A stretch of 46,357 nucleotides of DNA from a bacterium (GTDB taxonomy: Bacteria; Patescibacteriota; Saccharimonadia; Saccharimonadales; Saccharimonadaceae). Made by a program: the position numbers and the translations under genes. A model generated the notes under the pieces. It had not been told where the DNA came from, did not search any database, and was given only the letters and a program-made list of their open reading frames with translations. The DNA lies in the NCBI GenBank assembly GCA_030429935.1, contig JAUIGH010000001.1:1-46357 (forward strand), written 5' to 3'. Below are positions 9,601 to 17,482 of this stretch, piece by piece (within the stretch, counting starts at the first letter, position 1; the number at the start of each line of letters is the position of its first letter).

Positions 9601-10196
9601 GTTGATTTGCTGATGCGGTGCGCGAATACGTTGGCGACGTCACGCTCGACGGCATCGAGTACGGTTTCGTTAGCGTCGATGATCGCCCGCAATTCATCGC
9701 TGGTCAGACCGCTGCGCTTGAGTTCGGATATGGCGGTCAGACTGTCACGCAAATGCGTGTATTCATCGCCGTTCATGCCAGCCAGCGGATTGTTGTAGTC
9801 CAGCTCGGCAAATATCGACCGCAACAATTCGTACTGCGCTAGTTCGTCAGCTGGCTGGAACTGGGCGCCGCGGTAAAAATACTCACGGTTTTGATTGATA
9901 ATTTCGGTACCAAAACCGTGAAAGGTGTGAATGGCGACTTTGTATGCATCAGCACCGATGATGCCACGCAGACGTTCGCGCATGGCCACCGCGCCACTTT
10001 CGGTAAAGGTCAGACACAAGATACTCTGCGGCAGGGTGTCAGTCTCGCGCAGTATCCGCGCCGTTCGCATACTCAGCAGCTCCGTTTTGCCCGTCCCCGG
10101 CCCTGCTAGCACCAGCAGTGGGCCGTCGATTTGTTCGACGGCGCTCGCTTGGGCGTCATTCAGCTTACTCGCGCGGTTTTTGTAGGCCTCTTCCAT
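6642..10196 (-). CDS. UvrD/PcrA-family ATP-dependent DNA helicase with a C-terminal PD-(D/E)xK (RecB-like) nuclease domain, carrying an in-frame insertion of about 95 aa
   Basis: Motifs LAGPGTGKT, VDEFQD, VGDDDQAIYSFQGA, NYRS, MTAHKSKGLEF and RLFYVAMTRA; C-terminal GALDLV...DYKTG...QLMFY. Start placed at the ATG at 10196 (MEEAYK), 7 nt after a TACAAT. Confidence 0.92.
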   Translation of the reverse strand: MEEAYKNRASKLNDAQASAVEQIDGPLLVLAGPGTGKTELLSMRTARILRETDTLPQSILCLTFTESGAVAMRERLRGIIGADAYKVAIHTFHGFGTEIINQNREYFYRGAQFQPADELAQYELLRSIFAELDYNNPLAGMNGDEYTHLRDSLTAISELKRSGLTSDELRAIIDANETVLDAVERDVANVFAHRISKSTAEQLAPIAQTVADIPQPSLPAGITPLANTLALSIAQAVDQATEADSTKPISAWKATWLEKDSEGAFVFKDRRRHTKLRALSHIYYEYMRRMEEAGLYDYDDMILQVIHALETQSDLRANIQEKYLYLMVDEFQDTSLAQLRLLYTLAPDADANIMAVGDDDQAIYSFQGADTSNVHSFRVRYDDPPVLVLTDNYRSGQPVLEHSRAVITQGTDRLEQTMDGLSKELTAHRSGESTVQLHEYSSALAERQAVAAAIRSRIDDGAEPESIAVFARRHHELVALLPYLAQQGIAVNYERRDDALSHDVIRLIEHLLLIIDALHRDAHDEADALLPEILAHPAFGYDPVNIYQLSLASYRNRQLWLELMQANPVFKPFADWLIIRSAAIHIESLEQQIDEVLGSSQAISATSRPPLSSDTRERQLLSSYSRSTGNVESSASDGSRAAESELYSDSLNHRALSAAPETTRAEAVVDSGREASRDGEDGRVELDDTNDAVDAPHSFTSPLYNYFFSSDKLATQPDLYLDALEALRTIRDRVREHAGHDEPTVQAFLEYLTMHRELGTPLTIIRHRSDQSAGRINLMTAHKSKGLEFDHVYIVGAIDSMWGERVRGRSRLISYPHNLPLAPVGDSYDERLRLFYVAMTRARASLDISYSLESADARATLAASFLTDLSLSPQTTDSTPSIEALTEQTALDWRSTLTRPMTSDMRQLLAPTLERYKLSATHLGNFLDVTRGGPQHFLLSNLLRFPQAKSASAQFGTAIHATLQRAHDTYRATGSKRPVEDILGDYERILGDQHLPEHEFDTYLARGIDSLSAFLADRYDSFDTSQQTELGFGGQDVVVGDARLTGALDLVDIDTTAKTIRVTDYKTGKPSRDWRGKTEYEKMKLHRYRQQLMFYQLLVENSRDYTNYQFDGGVLQFVEPTQSGDILALEQSFSSDELAEFRRLIAGVWECITTLNLPDVSGYEQNLRGIQQYEADIIDKYTCS
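8104..8401 (-). mobile_element. Structured repeat element, copy 1, inserted in-frame in the helicase gene
   Basis: Homologous in DNA and translation to 36250-36510; shared exact blocks TCGAGCGCTATCTGCAGCCC, CTCAGACACGCGCG and GAAGCCAGCCGAGA. Boundaries approximate (core about 8152-8387). Confidence 0.8.
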
Positions 10197-10249
10197 CAGA
10201 TATATTGTAGCAGGTTGCACCAGATACGAACTCATAGGATAATAGCTGT

Positions 10250-10738
10250 ATGGACGATGCATGGCTCGATGAAGTAGCGCTGGAGCGCGAGGCAAAGGCC
10301 GGCTTCGGGATGAATATCGAGATCGATAAAGTCATCGCCCACGAGATCGATGTGTCGCGGGCCTCAAAAGCTTCGGTGTATCTGACCAAGAAAAAGCAGC
10401 TGCTTTGTTATATCCACGGTCAGAGCCGGTTGCAGCTATCAGATGTGCGCAAAATCGTCACTCGCATGGGCCTGCGTGCCGAACTGTACATGCCGCCCGT
10501 CGGCCAGCCGAATTATTTCGACGACATCGGCCGGGACAAATTCCGCGACGTCTTCCCTGGACGCTCTCACATATCTGATCACGACATCGCCTACTATCGG
10601 ACACTTGCGCCGTATAACCCTGCGCTGGTGCTGGTGGCCGAAGTCACCCATGGCGTCATCTACCAGTACGACAGCGACGCCAGCAGTGACTGGCGGCCGG
10701 CAGCCAAATTCGCCTATCGACGCATCAAAACTAGTTAA
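10250..10738 (+). CDS. Hypothetical protein
   Basis: 162-aa ORF with host-like codon usage, divergent from the helicase gene; GATAAT 6 nt before the ATG. Confidence 0.8.
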   Translation: MDDAWLDEVALEREAKAGFGMNIEIDKVIAHEIDVSRASKASVYLTKKKQLLCYIHGQSRLQLSDVRKIVTRMGLRAELYMPPVGQPNYFDDIGRDKFRDVFPGRSHISDHDIAYYRTLAPYNPALVLVAEVTHGVIYQYDSDASSDWRPAAKFAYRRIKTS

Positions 10739-10739
10739 A

Positions 10740-10799
10740 TTGACAATATGTAAATAAGTACGTAATAGTATTGACATTTAGCTCATGCTATGATAATAT
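10740..10799 (+). promoter_or_regulatory. Tandem sigma70-like promoters
   Basis: TTGACA(10771)-17 nt-TAATAT(10794), and a weaker TTGACA(10740)-17 nt-TAATAG. Confidence 0.65.
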
Positions 10800-10828
10800 A
10801 CTAGTGTTTACTAAATCAAGGAGACGCT

Positions 10829-11005
10829 ATGTACGGAGAGGTTCAAGGAACAAGTATCGTTCCACCAGTCGTCGCGGGAGCAACCGTGACAGCCCTACCT
10901 ACTACCGGTGCCGGATTTATCACCAGCGCTGCTATCGCAGTTGCTGCTGGTCTAGTCGCCTGGGCGCTTGTCTATTTTTATCGACTAAAAGTAGCACAGC
11001 GATAA
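10829..11005 (+). CDS. 58-aa LPXTG-motif membrane micro-protein (absent from the ORF track)
   Basis: AAGGAG RBS, then MYGEVQGTSIVPPVVAGATVTALPTTGAGFITSAAIAVAAGLVAWALVYFYRLKVAQR*: LPTTG, a hydrophobic helix and a basic tail. Confidence 0.8.
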   Translation: MYGEVQGTSIVPPVVAGATVTALPTTGAGFITSAAIAVAAGLVAWALVYFYRLKVAQR

Positions 11006-11067
11006 GGTAGCGCGCCAACTATCAATCAAAGTAATTGCTCTAGTTCGCTAGAGCAAGTGGGTTTACT

Positions 11068-11946
11068 ATGGCAAAAAATCGACGCAAATTAGGACTCGGC
11101 AGTATCGGACTGAATGTGTTTGCATTGGTCTTTACGCTGATGCCGATATTCACTATGAGCATGTGGACATACCAGATGTTTGTGAGTGATAGTGATACGC
11201 GCCAGGTCGCAGCGCTCACTCAGGTGAGCTATGATCACCAGCCGCGATTGTTTGACGAGCCGTTACTGTCGATTACCTTTGACGATGGCTGGGAATCTGT
11301 GTATTCCCAGGCAGCGCCGATCATGAGTCGCTACGATATCGTATCGACGCAGTATATCCTGCCAGGTACGTTTGATAACCCGCTGTATCTGTCGGCCGAG
11401 CAAGCTGTCTCACTCAAATACGCTGGTCACGAGATCAGTTCACACACCTATTCGCACGAGAAACTGACCGAGGCGTCGGATGCCACAGTTCGTCTACAGC
11501 TCGATCAGTCGCTGGAGATTATGCGGCGCTTTGACCTGCTTGATCAAGACCATCTGACCTTTGCCGCGCCAAATGGTGCGCTGGATGGATATTCCAGGCA
11601 GCAAGTCGAGCAGCGTTTTGCGCTGGCACGCAACGTCAAAGGTGACTTGGCTCACGACGTATCGGACAACGACATGAATGTGGCCGGTCAAACTGATCGG
11701 TACGATATTATCGGTTACACGGTCGGCCAGTATACGACGCTCGAGCAGCTGCGCCAAGCGCTTGACTACGCCGGCGAACATAACGCGTGGTTCATCCCGA
11801 TCTATCACCAGATTGATGATTCGGGTGAAGAATACAGCGTCTCGCCAGAGGTGTTCGAACAGCACATGAAATTATTCCGCGACAGCGGCATAACGATCGC
11901 CACTATGCGCGACGTCTACTTGAACAATCAGGAGGTGCTGCGATGA
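11068..11946 (+). CDS. Polysaccharide deacetylase (CE4/NodB family) with an N-terminal membrane anchor
   Basis: Motifs ITFDDG, GHEISSHTYSH, FAAPNG and IYHQI. Confidence 0.9.
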   Translation: MAKNRRKLGLGSIGLNVFALVFTLMPIFTMSMWTYQMFVSDSDTRQVAALTQVSYDHQPRLFDEPLLSITFDDGWESVYSQAAPIMSRYDIVSTQYILPGTFDNPLYLSAEQAVSLKYAGHEISSHTYSHEKLTEASDATVRLQLDQSLEIMRRFDLLDQDHLTFAAPNGALDGYSRQQVEQRFALARNVKGDLAHDVSDNDMNVAGQTDRYDIIGYTVGQYTTLEQLRQALDYAGEHNAWFIPIYHQIDDSGEEYSVSPEVFEQHMKLFRDSGITIATMRDVYLNNQEVLR

Positions 11947-13166
11947 GTCGCCAGCTGCCGACGTTGACGCGCCGTGTCGTCGCGCCAGTCCGCCGGGCGC
12001 TTGAGCGAGCCGTGCCGCACAACACCGCGCTGCGCGAGCTGTCTGACATCACCTACACCCCCAGTGAGTACGCCGATCGTATCGTACGCAGTATCGAAAA
12101 CGGCTCAGCAGCCAAGCGGCCAATCGCCCTGATCATCTCCGCTTACAACGAAGAATTGGTGCTGGAGCACACGATTCGCTCGGCGATGGCGGCTGGCTTG
12201 TCGGCGCACGATATTTTCGTGGTTGACGACAAATCTGCCGATGACACGGCTGCTATCGCCCGCCGCGTTGTCGGCCCGCTCAATGTCCTGACGGTCAATC
12301 GCAGTGGCAAAGGCCTGGCCATCCACCAGATAAACGAAGCCCTACGTATCAGCCAGCGCTACGACTGGATCCATATCGCCGACGCCGATGGCGAGTTTGA
12401 TAGCCAGTATTTCAACGAATTGACCGCTCACCTCGACCCCGACTACGCCGCTGCGACCGGCTATGTTACTAGCTTGCCTGGCTCGTACATCAGCAAATAC
12501 CGTGGGTTTGAATACGCACTCGGCATGGATGTCACCCGCCGATTCCAGTCGATGGCCGACGTCATCACCATCGTGCCGGGACCGACATCGATTTTCCGCG
12601 CTGATGTGTTTGAGCAATTGGATTTCAACGCCAACGCCCTGTGCGAAGATTTCGACGTCACGTTGCAGATTCACCGCCAAGGCCTGGGCAAAATCCTATT
12701 CATCGAATCAGCCATCGCCCGCACCCAAGACCCTGGTACCATGCGTGACTATCTGCGCCAGATCACGCGCTGGAACCGCGGCGTCATGCAGATGTTTTTC
12801 AAACACCGCATCGGCAGCACTGCTAGCCGTGTTGACACCTATTTACTGTATCAACTGGCACAAAACTTGCTGTTTTTCTGTATGTACGCGATCTGGATTC
12901 CGGTGATCACGCTGATGACTGGTAGTATCGTCTACCTGGCGTTGGCGTTCTTGTCCGATGTTATCATCGTGCTCGGTTTTGTGCTGTTTGCGCAGATTCG
13001 TACTCGCCGTCGTGATATCTTGCCGGCCTTTCCAGTGGTATATTTGCTGCGCTGGGTTAGTTTAGCGGTGTTTATCAAATGTTTCGTCGAAGTATTTTTG
13101 CTCGGACGTCATCGCCTGGCAAATGGCGTCTGGGAAACCGTCCAGCGCCGCGTCAACCCTGCCTAA
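11943..13166 (+). CDS. Processive glycosyltransferase family 2 (PNAG/cellulose-synthase-like)
   Basis: AYNEE, VVDDKS, DADG, CED and QITRW give the D,D,D,QxxRW signature; C-terminal TM helices; 4-nt overlap with the deacetylase gene. Confidence 0.9.
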   Translation: MSRQLPTLTRRVVAPVRRALERAVPHNTALRELSDITYTPSEYADRIVRSIENGSAAKRPIALIISAYNEELVLEHTIRSAMAAGLSAHDIFVVDDKSADDTAAIARRVVGPLNVLTVNRSGKGLAIHQINEALRISQRYDWIHIADADGEFDSQYFNELTAHLDPDYAAATGYVTSLPGSYISKYRGFEYALGMDVTRRFQSMADVITIVPGPTSIFRADVFEQLDFNANALCEDFDVTLQIHRQGLGKILFIESAIARTQDPGTMRDYLRQITRWNRGVMQMFFKHRIGSTASRVDTYLLYQLAQNLLFFCMYAIWIPVITLMTGSIVYLALAFLSDVIIVLGFVLFAQIRTRRRDILPAFPVVYLLRWVSLAVFIKCFVEVFLLGRHRLANGVWETVQRRVNPA

Positions 13167-13250
13167 TCCGAGAGCCAGCGGTGGTCAACCGCCCCGGTTT
13201 CGTGGTATACTTGTCCAGCTGCCGCGTTGACCGCGGCACCGACATCGCAC

Positions 13251-13325
13251 TGGGGTGTCGCCAAGTGGTAAGGCACTGGATTTTGGTTCCAGCATTCGGG
13301 GGTTCGAATCCCTCCACCCCAGCCA
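13251..13325 (+). tRNA. tRNA-Gln (TTG)
   Basis: Canonical cloverleaf TGGGGTG...CACCCCA GCCA with anticodon loop TTTTGGT; extended -10 TGGTATACT at about 13203-13211. Confidence 0.97.
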
Positions 13326-13330
13326 AGATG

Positions 13331-13362
13331 TACACCAAAGGTGGCCCGAATGGGTCTAGGGT
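13331..13362 (+). repeat. Imperfect direct repeat, left copy (possible recombination site)
   Basis: TACACCAAAGGTGGCCCGAATGGGTCTAGGGT resembles TACACCAAAAGTGAACCAAATGGGTCAAAAGGGT at 28028. Confidence 0.55.
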
Positions 13363-13384
13363 TTTGATATACATCCCGGTTCAG

Positions 13385-13412
13385 AAAAAGTGGCCAAGCA
13401 AGGCCACTTTTT
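13385..13412. terminator. Bidirectional intrinsic terminator
   Basis: AAAAAGTGGCC-AAGCAA-GGCCACTTTTT. Confidence 0.85.
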
Positions 13413-13459
13413 GGTTTGAAGCTCTTATGATTTGTACGAACAGGCAATCGGACGTATAG

Positions 13460-13979
13460 CTACAGGCTTATTTTAATATTTTTCCATACAAGGCCATTGT
13501 CGTCGATGTACGGCACGCCGTCCTCTTTGAAGCCTAGGGACTTGTTAAGGTTGATGACGGGCGTGTTATTGGCCAAGTGGCGAGAATAGATGGTTTTCAA
13601 CTCGAAGGTGTTCTTTATGTAATTAACAGCTGCTTGCATAGCAGACTTCCCGATACCCTTGCCGCGATAGTCAGGGTTACCGATCATGATATGAATACTT
13701 GGCGGCTGTACATGGTGATTCTCGAATAGCTCAATCCAGACAAGACCGATCGTCTTTTGATCGATAATAATCATGCGAGCCCTCTTGCTCTAGGCTGATA
13801 AACTCACGCATAATAGCCATTTCACCTTCAAGCGTGGATGGCTCAATTTCACTATTGGCGTTACCCATGCTTAAGAGTGTGGCGTGGCCTTCTGGCCTTT
13901 GAAACCAGCTTAGTGCAAAGAGCGCATCTCTATCTGGGTCGGGTGATAACAGTTGAATGCTCGAATCGTTAGATTGCAT
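13460..13979 (-). pseudogene. Frameshifted GNAT (RimJ/RimL-like) acetyltransferase
   Basis: Two overlapping ORFs (13731-13979 and 13460-13774) read as one protein broken near 13775; acetyl-CoA motif IGNPDYRGKGIG and NLNKSLGF. Confidence 0.7.
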
Positions 13980-13988
13980 AATGACTCC

Positions 13989-15215
13989 TCATTCATTTAG
14001 TGTAGAGTGTATGGCTTCTTCGAGTAGGTTAAGCCCCTCGATTAGCACCTCTTCACTAATAGTTAATGCTGGTATGAATTTAACAACCTCATCTTTTGCT
14101 CCTACTGTTTCAATGACGAGTTTTCTTCGAAACAAAGCTTTGTAATGGTTTTTGCCATCTCCGCTTCCGGAAAACGAGTCCACACGAGAGGCCGCGTCCT
14201 CGGACCGTCGTGAAGGTTTCGAGATAAAGATCTTTTATTCTCTCTAGTCTTTCGCGAACAATTTTCTCTTTTCATTTCACTTCCGCTGAAAGCTCGTCCG
14301 ACCGCCAGAACTTTTCAAGTGCCTTGAGGCCGGCGACAATGCAAGATTATTACCCCGAAATGTGCCGTTAGGCTGCCCTGGCTTCCATATATCTAACTCT
14401 GGTTTAAGGAGTACGAGCGCCATAGGTAGGCCAAAGCCGGAAATTGACTTTGATAAGACGACATCTGGGTGTGTTTCGGCAAACTCAAAGCTAAAGAAAT
14501 CTCCAGTTCGTCCGCACCCTGCCTGGACATCGTCGACAATAAGAAGAATGCCCCTCCTAGCTGTTAAGTCGCGAAGGCGCTTTATCCACTCGGCGCTAGC
14601 GACATTTACACCCCCTTCACCTTGAAAAAGTTCAACAATGACAACTGCTGGCAGATCGACGCCGCTACTTGGGTCATCAAGAACTTTTTCTAAATATGCA
14701 ATATTGTCTAATCCATCAAAGTAGTTGTCATAAGGGGGAAAGACGGTGTCACTTAAAGGGGTACTAGAGGCGTTCCGGAACCATGAGCTGGACGTTGCTG
14801 CGAGCGAGCCTGAAATGAGTGACTAAATGCAATGACATTATGTAGTCCTGTTGCAAGACGAGCGATTTCCAGGGCTGCTTCAACTGCATTAGTGCCAGTG
14901 GGGCCAGTAAATTGAAGTTTATAGTCAAGAACGCGAAGTGTGAGGATGGTTGTCGTAAACTCCTTGATGAACGTAGCCTTAACCCTAGTGGCCATATCAA
15001 GTCCATGGATAATGCCATTACTCTGGAGATACTCGATCAGTGCCCGGACCATCGTTGGTTCGTTGTGTCCGTAATTGAGTGCGCCAGCGCCACGAAGAAA
15101 TCGATATAGCGACGCCGCTCGTCATCCCATATATAGGATCCTTCTGCCTAAAAGAGCGAAACTGAGAAAGAGCGAACACATCTTATTACATTTGATTCGT
15201 ACTGATCGATTACGT
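13989..15215 (-). pseudogene. ectB: Degraded diaminobutyrate--2-oxoglutarate transaminase (EctB/Dat family)
   Basis: Fragments across frames: YESNV, GALNYGHN, HGLDMAT, LQFTGPTGTNAVEAAL, QGEGGVNVAS, LLIVDDVQAGCGRTG, LSKSISGFGLP, VRGRGL and LVIETVG...VVKFIPALTI. Several frameshifts and an in-frame stop; start approximate. Confidence 0.88.
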
Positions 15216-15276
15216 CTGACGCTGTATTCGTGCTGTAATTTTACCAGAAATCAGCTTGTACGGTTATAATGTAGGT

Positions 15277-16707
15277 ATGAACTACGATTATGTCATTGTT
15301 GGTGGCGGTGCAATTGGGCTGGCTATAGCTTATCGACTCAAGAAATCCCACGAAGAGCGATCAGTACTAGTGCTTAATAGTAATGAAACTGGCACGGCAA
15401 GTCTTGCTTCGGGTGCTATGCTTGGCTGTTTTGGTGAAGTTACAAAATACACACTGAAAAACGAAGCTGGCAAAAAGAAATTTGACCTGATGTACGCTGC
15501 TCATAAGCAATGGGCGTCATGGCGCGAGGAAGTCGAAGCTTCAGCGCAACAATCTATCAGGCATACGCCTGGAAGCTATGTAATTCTTAACACCCACGGC
15601 GGATCCCTTGACGATGAAAACTTTGATGCAATGGTGCAAGCTTTGGTTAACTACGAAGAGCCTTATGAGTATGTTGCGCCGAAGGATATCCCGGGCCTCC
15701 ATCCAAATAATCTAGCCCGTCCACTTCGTGCAATTTATCTTCCAAATGAAGGTTCAATTGAAAGTAATCAATATGTTGAAGTGTTGAGAGTTGCCTGCCG
15801 GAATATTGGCATTACTCTCACAGACATTCACTCTCTTGGGGCTATTGAGCGCCGTGGTAATGATTATGTCGTGACTATTGACGATGAAACAAATATAACA
15901 ACGTCATCGGTGATTATTGCTACGGGCGCTTATACGAGCAGTGTCTTAGCAAAGGTGACGCCTACTGTCGGTGCAATGCCGGTGCTTGCTGGTAATGGCG
16001 TAGCTGCAGTAACAAAGCGTCAACTTGGTGAAGGCTTCAAGGCGACAGTGCGTACCGCGAATCGCGCAGGCTCCTGTGGGCTTCACATCGTACCAATGAG
16101 TGATGGGTGTGAATATATCGGTGCTACTAACGTTCTCTACAGCGAGCCCGAGGCGCGTATGACCGTTGGTCTCTCCCACTTCTTGTCCCAGTGTGCAATC
16201 GAGCAGCTTGACCTCAATATATATCACTCCTTCGTACAAACATGGCGCACAGGTAATCGTCCTGTTTCTTTGGACACCTTGCCACTGATTGGAAAAATAG
16301 ACGATCTGGGACTGTATGTTGCAACAGGGACGTATCGCGATGGACTTCACTGCTCACCTGTTATTGCGGATGCGCTAGTGGCCGTGATCGATGAGAGGGA
16401 AGCTCCATTGATCGAAAGCTTTAACCCGCAGCGAACTTTTACAGAGTTGATGTCGAAAGAAGTTTCTATGGACGAGTATGCTATGCAGGCAGTGTCCGGT
16501 GCCTATGAGAACTGGTATCGACCCGCATACTACATGAATGATGATGAAGTCTATAAGAGCGCTCGTCAGAAAGCCGCTGATATATACGACCAACTTCAGA
16601 TAAATGTTGGCCTTCATCCAGATATTCTTCTGCTTCTCTCTTCCGACGACTCAGCTATCGAGCGAGTAAGAGAGTATCTTCTGATTAACGAGGTGCAGGC
16701 GACATGA
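15277..16707 (+). CDS. FAD-dependent oxidoreductase, glycine/D-amino acid oxidase (ThiO/DadA-like) family
   Basis: Motifs VIVGGGAIG, ASLASGAML, GNRPVSLDTLPLIG and ATGTYRDG; TATAAT 6 nt before the ATG at 15277. Confidence 0.85.
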   Translation: MNYDYVIVGGGAIGLAIAYRLKKSHEERSVLVLNSNETGTASLASGAMLGCFGEVTKYTLKNEAGKKKFDLMYAAHKQWASWREEVEASAQQSIRHTPGSYVILNTHGGSLDDENFDAMVQALVNYEEPYEYVAPKDIPGLHPNNLARPLRAIYLPNEGSIESNQYVEVLRVACRNIGITLTDIHSLGAIERRGNDYVVTIDDETNITTSSVIIATGAYTSSVLAKVTPTVGAMPVLAGNGVAAVTKRQLGEGFKATVRTANRAGSCGLHIVPMSDGCEYIGATNVLYSEPEARMTVGLSHFLSQCAIEQLDLNIYHSFVQTWRTGNRPVSLDTLPLIGKIDDLGLYVATGTYRDGLHCSPVIADALVAVIDEREAPLIESFNPQRTFTELMSKEVSMDEYAMQAVSGAYENWYRPAYYMNDDEVYKSARQKAADIYDQLQINVGLHPDILLLLSSDDSAIERVREYLLINEVQAT

Positions 16708-16973
16708 CGTCGGGTCGAGACCTTATTGACGCCGAGGGTCGTGTGACTCGCTGGCCTAAAAAATCCACTGAGCGCGAGCAGGTGCTTGGCTACCTGGCTT
16801 CAAAGTTCCAAAGCGACCGCACATACACAGAAATTGAAGTAAATGATATTTTGCGCCAGTGGCATACATATGAAGATTGGTCGTCTCTAAGACGCGATCT
16901 TATCGGTTACGGCTACGCAACTCGGGATAGAAATGGGCTCAAGTATCAATTTAAAGGACAGGGAGACGAATAG
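16704..16973 (+). CDS. DUF2087-like small protein
   Basis: Pattern RWPKK...YTEIEVNDIL...HTYEDWSSLRRDLI. Confidence 0.75.
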   Translation: MTSGRDLIDAEGRVTRWPKKSTEREQVLGYLASKFQSDRTYTEIEVNDILRQWHTYEDWSSLRRDLIGYGYATRDRNGLKYQFKGQGDE

Positions 16974-17479
16974 TGGAACAGATTCGTGACTACAGGCCGG
17001 ATACGGATGAAGCTGAAGTCTCAACACTCTTGAAAGAGTTTCAAGAACATCTCGCCACTGTCGATCAAGAAGATGAAATCCGAAGCTTTGTTTCTGATGC
17101 GGACGCACGCCGCTACCTAGATAAGATGGTCAATGATAGTACGGAAATGAATGGTAAGTTTTTGGTGCTCGAGCTGGATGGAAAGCTCGTTGGTTTCATT
17201 CAGGGGATCATTGACCCACGCAATGACCAAAGTGATGTCATGTACCAAACTACACACAATGCACAGATTGAGGGTTGGATCGGACTTGTCTATGTACGCC
17301 CCGAATATCGTGGACGTCGGTTTGGTATCAAGCTGATTGAGGCGATTAAGCAGCACTTTATAGCCAATGGCTGTACTACGCTCCGCCTCTTGGTTGCTCG
17401 CGATAATACTAATACGGTCAACTTCTATCACAAATATGGATTTACTGACCGCGACGTAGAAATGGCTATGCCGTTATAG
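16973..17479 (+). CDS. GNAT-family N-acetyltransferase
   Basis: Motifs VYVRPEYRGRRFG and NFYHKYGF; GTG start overlaps the upstream stop. Confidence 0.88.
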   Translation: MEQIRDYRPDTDEAEVSTLLKEFQEHLATVDQEDEIRSFVSDADARRYLDKMVNDSTEMNGKFLVLELDGKLVGFIQGIIDPRNDQSDVMYQTTHNAQIEGWIGLVYVRPEYRGRRFGIKLIEAIKQHFIANGCTTLRLLVARDNTNTVNFYHKYGFTDRDVEMAMPL

Positions 17480-17482
17480 ATC

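Noticed and set aside
10197..10295. Longer helicase N-terminus
   Set aside because: It overlaps the divergent gene at 10250; the ATG at 10196 has a -10 box and sits at the usual distance before the first helicase motif.
10771..11010. 79-aa ORF in the track
   Set aside because: It starts inside the -35 box; the alternative frame at 10829-11005 has an RBS and a coherent LPXTG-TM structure.
13989..15215. Ectoine biosynthesis operon
   Set aside because: No recognisable ectA or ectC; the context with a Dab-like A domain points to NRPS precursor supply.
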